This document shows positions 29,330 to 32,602 of a DNA stretch of 32,602 bases, one piece after another. The notes beneath the pieces were generated by a model. It did no database searches and was not told the origin of the DNA. It saw nothing but the letters and a program-made list of their open reading frames with translations. The position numbers and the translations under genes were made by a program. This stretch comes from a virus. Taxonomy: Duplodnaviria; Heunggongvirae; Uroviricota; Caudoviricetes. The DNA lies in IMG/VR virus record IMGVR_UViG_651324052_000001, positions 1-32,602 of that record; one strand, 5' to 3'. Positions within the stretch are counted from its first letter, which is position 1; each line of letters begins with the position of its first letter.

Positions 29330-29641
29330 TTATTTGTCAATTAATCGTTTTAATAATTTTTCATGTTCTCGACAAATAATATCAAGATCAAATTCGGGCG
29401 AAATATCATCTGGGAGTTTTTCTACGGTTTTGTCTGGATTGATTTGATATACATCACCGTTCCAAATAAATTGCTTTTCAGATATGTACAGGCAATTAGA
29501 TTCAAAAGAGTAGTTTTTAGGGTATGTTAAAAAATTCATCGATTTTTTTAACTCTTGCTGCATTTTTATATCGTCAATTTGTAATTTGATTTTATATAAA
29601 TCCATAATTATTTGTTTTTCTTCACTTGTTAATTTAATAAT
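29330..29641 (-). CDS. Hypothetical protein, divergent partner of HEXXH gene 2 (ATT start at 29641 or ATG at 29605)
   Basis: The RBS AAGGTGGTGA is followed by an in-frame ATT at the same spacing as the TTG of the first module. Confidence 0.5.
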   Translation of the reverse strand: MIKLTSEEKQIIMDLYKIKLQIDDIKMQQELKKSMNFLTYPKNYSFESNCLYISEKQFIWNGDVYQINPDKTVEKLPDDISPEFDLDIICREHEKLLKRLIDK

Positions 29642-29668
29642 TTTAATTCACCACCTTAAGGAGATTTT

Positions 29669-30430
29669 ATGAAAGTATTAGATATTTTTTCATTGTATTT
29701 AGAATATCAAAAGGAATATCCTAGAAATGATTATCCAGAATTATCGGTAGACAACCTTGTGTATGTTCATGATGTTGATTTTTGGTTTCAATTTAATTCG
29801 TCTAAATTATATGATGATCAATACGAATTACAAGTCAATATGGAAGCGTTTGCATTGAATGATACTTATTTAAGAAGTATCTTGTATCATGAGTTTACGC
29901 ATATATATGATTCTCTTACGTTTAAAAATAAACCAATGGATGAGTATGAAAAAAATATGTCACACTACTCAGAAATACATGCATCTTACATTGAAATGAG
30001 AAAAAGAATAAGGGAAATATCTCATTCTTTATATATACAGGATGAAAAAAATGAAATTCTAATCCATATTTATCTACAAAAAGAGTATTCAACCGTTAAA
30101 ACAACATGGTCAAATTATATAGAATATAATCCGGAAACCATTACAGATAAAATGAAACGGCTCTGTTATTTTGTTGGACATTATAAATATCTAAAAGATC
30201 ATTATAATATACCTGAATTTAAAATTGTATCTCCTTATGCTGAAGAAATATACGGTATTATAAATGAATACTCTAACGGAATGTATAATCTAAACAAATA
30301 CTTTAATAAAATTATTCAAAAGTCAAAAGATTACAAAAACAGTCAATACCTTGATAAATTGCAATCAATTTTAAATGAAGATATAATAAACCAAGATGCA
30401 TTATTGGGATTTTTCACGAACAAGATATGA
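29669..30430 (+). CDS. Putative Zn metallopeptidase (HEXXH), paralog 2
   Basis: RSILYHEFTH and SEIHASYIEM motifs; RBS AAGGAG. Confidence 0.7.
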   Translation: MKVLDIFSLYLEYQKEYPRNDYPELSVDNLVYVHDVDFWFQFNSSKLYDDQYELQVNMEAFALNDTYLRSILYHEFTHIYDSLTFKNKPMDEYEKNMSHYSEIHASYIEMRKRIREISHSLYIQDEKNEILIHIYLQKEYSTVKTTWSNYIEYNPETITDKMKRLCYFVGHYKYLKDHYNIPEFKIVSPYAEEIYGIINEYSNGMYNLNKYFNKIIQKSKDYKNSQYLDKLQSILNEDIINQDALLGFFTNKI

Positions 30431-30578
30431 TCAGCAAATGTGGATCAACACTAATTATAACTGACGACAAACCGTGTTGTTATACATCGCTTGCCTTTCA
30501 AAAAATCATTCCTTTCATAATAGATGATTATTTCAGGCACAAAAATAGAGCAGTAGTAGTTACTGCTCTTGATTAAAA

Positions 30579-30959
30579 TTAACCATTTTGTTCCAAATCT
30601 AATAATCTTCGATTTATTTTTTTCATTAAAAAATCGTATTTTTGTGTATCGCATTGATAATTTTCCTGTGATTCACCATTATCTAATAGATAAGAATACT
30701 CCTCTATTAAAACCGAATTACTTTTGAATGTTTTAGGTCTTTCGTTAGATGCAATTATATGAGCCACTGAATCTGCAAGCAAGTCATCAAATACTTTTAT
30801 ATTTTTTCTATATTTTTTTTCTATAAGTTTTCGACGTTCTTCAAAGTCCTTTTCAATCATTAATTCTTCTTCAGATGTAATTTCAATAATTTGAATATTT
30901 TTTCGAAATGACAAGTCAACCATTTCACATTTTATTTTTTTCATTAATTTATCCCTCAT
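30579..30959 (-). CDS. Hypothetical protein, coupled to the upstream 2TM protein
   Basis: Its start overlaps the stop of the upstream gene. An alternative start at ATG 30944 follows GAGGG. Confidence 0.55.
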   Translation of the reverse strand: MRDKLMKKIKCEMVDLSFRKNIQIIEITSEEELMIEKDFEERRKLIEKKYRKNIKVFDDLLADSVAHIIASNERPKTFKSNSVLIEEYSYLLDNGESQENYQCDTQKYDFLMKKINRRLLDLEQNG

Positions 30960-31888
30960 TATTCATTTGGATTTACATAAAGTCCTTTATTAATTTTGTC
31001 TGCCAAAACAATCAAATTAGAATATGGAACAATGTTTTCTTCTGCAAATTTACGTAATTTTATACGATCAGTGTTTATAATATAATTATACTTGGTAATC
31101 ACTTGAAAGATTCCAAGCATTTTATTACTAGTGCAATACACTGGAATAGCAATGTATTGTGTATATTTCGATAAATCAGTATCTATACTAACTTTATTGA
31201 AGATTCGCTGGATCTCTTCATTATTAATAGCTATTTCAATGTCAGATAGATTGTCTTTAATTAAGTTAGCATAATGATACGAACTTTTTTCTAAAGGTTC
31301 TATATTTTTACACGATCGAGGGCGCGTCGATGAAGGATTGGAATGTGCTACCATATGTATCCATTTCTCCCTGTTTTCATCTTCCCAATAATATATAAAA
31401 CCAACGGATATTTTGCTGGTATCATCAATTCCTGTATAAGTTATAATCATATCCCTACAATAACTACAGATATCATCAAAAATTTTATATCTATCCCAAC
31501 ATTTTTTCGGAGCTTTACCATTTTGAATCACTTCATTGGCAAAAGAGTTGATATTTAAAGCCCATTTCTCTGAAATGGAAGAAAACATGCCAACAGAGTA
31601 AGAACATGTATTTTTATATCTATCTAATTCATTCAAAATTAAATTTAATTGGTTGTTTTTTTGATTCATTTCATATATAATTTCGCTTGCCTTACTCTCT
31701 TGATTTCCATAAAATAATACTGCAATAATTAAACAAAACATTAAAAATACAGAAACAGTACAAAATACTGCTTTCAAAACATTATTATTTACAAAAGAAA
31801 TAAAAATACCAATGCAGGAAATAATAGTTGGTATACTTATTAATATTGTATTCTTAAACCAAGGTTTTTGGTAGAATTTATCTTCCAT
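30959..31888 (-). CDS. Membrane protein: two N-terminal TM helices, coiled coil, GAF-like domain
   Basis: Two hydrophobic segments in the first 60 aa. The C-terminal YIAIPV...LGIFQV resembles the terminal strands of a GAF domain. Confidence 0.6.
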   Translation of the reverse strand: MEDKFYQKPWFKNTILISIPTIISCIGIFISFVNNNVLKAVFCTVSVFLMFCLIIAVLFYGNQESKASEIIYEMNQKNNQLNLILNELDRYKNTCSYSVGMFSSISEKWALNINSFANEVIQNGKAPKKCWDRYKIFDDICSYCRDMIITYTGIDDTSKISVGFIYYWEDENREKWIHMVAHSNPSSTRPRSCKNIEPLEKSSYHYANLIKDNLSDIEIAINNEEIQRIFNKVSIDTDLSKYTQYIAIPVYCTSNKMLGIFQVITKYNYIINTDRIKLRKFAEENIVPYSNLIVLADKINKGLYVNPNE

Positions 31889-31982
31889 GCAATATATCCC
31901 CCATATATTTATTTATATAGTATACACCATATTTCGACAAATTACTATCAGAACATTAGTTTGATTTGTCGAATAAATAGGA

Positions 31983-32602
31983 GATAGTAAACATTTTTCT
32001 CATATCACTGGAACCAAACAGCATTAGAGATTTGCTGCTAGAAAATAATCCGAAGATTATATTGGTTACGGCACTCCAGATTTTGCCGGAAGTTTTAAAA
32101 GCATATATCTATGCCACACATGGTACTGACAGTCTATGTTAAGTCAGATTGCCAGTAACGTATTACTAAAACTTTTCTAAATCGCAATACGCACTATGCC
32201 TTAAAAGAAGAATAGCATTTATGGCAGTTATTCTCTCCGAGGATGGGTATGTCTCTGGGGATACTATCTGTTAATGACCTTCATTATATACGCCAAAAGA
32301 ATTAACTCAGATATTGTCCTGCTCGTTGTCCTTTATATTCTTACTTAGATGTCTTAACATTTTCATATTAATATTCATATAAGAACAAATCATTTATTTG
32401 GGTTTCCCTACCTACTGTTATGGGTATGATTTGCAAAATAAGATTTCAAGCATTTACTCCTCTATGGATCAAAACCATAATAAATATATGGAACTCACCA
32501 TGCTCCGCCACTTGATATTACAATGCCATAATATTGTAAATCTTATGTCGGCTAGACTCATATATAATATAGGAATATTTTACTTATTTTATTATATATG
32601 TA
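31983..32602 (-). ncRNA. Group I intron-like ribozyme core (atypical P7)
   Basis: Minus-strand motifs: P AAAUGCUUGAAA (32455-32444), Q GGACAACGAGCAGGA (32331-32317), R CCAGAGACAUAC (32258-32247) and S AAGGCAUAGUGC (32202-32191). Helices: P4 UGCUUG/CGAGCA, P3 GAGGA/UCCUC, P6 GGA/UCC, P6a UAUCUG/CAGAUA, P8 AGAAUA/UAUUCU and P9 CGUAUUGC/GUAAUACG. There is also a cUUCGg hairpin at 32045-32060. Confidence 0.75.

Larger units (their letters stand above)
380..32602. mobile_element. Large temperate prophage (siphovirus-like), integrase/lysis/tail end; continues beyond the window
   Basis: An integrase lies next to the host gene, followed by endolysin, tail fibre, tail spike and tape measure genes. 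The sequence becomes AT-rich after yebC. The exact att boundary cannot be determined from this window. Confidence 0.9.
25877..32602 (-). other. Putative giant group I-like intron interrupting the tape measure gene, with ~6.1 kb cargo loop; 5' end outside the window
   Basis: A ribozyme-like core at 32000-32602 makes two long-range pairings with 25878-25908. A candidate terminal G lies at 25877. Confidence 0.65.

Noticed and set aside
25909-31982. Homing endonuclease or transposase (IStron) within the intron-like element
   Set aside because: No GIY-YIG, LAGLIDADG, HNH, TnpA or TnpB motifs were recognised. The Zn-ribbon protein lacks an evident nuclease motif.
1-32602. CRISPR array, tRNA or rRNA genes
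   Set aside because: No regularly spaced repeats or cloverleaf/rRNA signatures were seen.

Overview
The first ~380 bp are the 3' end of a host yebC/pmpR-family gene, probably from a Firmicutes (Clostridia-like) chromosome. The rest is one end of a large, AT-rich temperate siphophage-like prophage. A Xer-like tyrosine integrase (+) converges with a minus-strand late operon. In transcription order that operon contains the tape measure protein (TMP), a distal-tail-like protein, a tail spike, minor tail/fibre proteins, a CD1375/XkdX-like peptide and an amidase endolysin. A type I toxin-like locus sits between the TMP and distal tail genes. The most striking feature is that the TMP gene appears to be split. 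Its in-window ORF has no RBS and stays open upstream to about 25903. About 6 kb further upstream on the same strand (32000-32602) lies a group I intron-like ribozyme core with P3-P8 helices, P/Q/R/S-like motifs and a cUUCGg loop, but with a non-canonical P7 guanosine-binding site. Two long-range complementarities join this core to the TMP junction: 31983-31998 with 25894-25908, and 32110-32120 with 25878-25888, the latter followed directly by a G at 25877. These pairings would loop out ~6.1 kb of cargo genes: a Zn-ribbon protein, a YHYH/Ig surface protein, two paralogous HEXXH proteins each with a divergent partner, and a 2TM-GAF-like pair. This suggests a giant cargo-carrying group I-like intron (or a related RNA-mediated gene-joining element) in an essential virion gene. 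The 5' exon lies outside the window, so this remains an inference. All family calls come from motif recognition by eye, not database searches.
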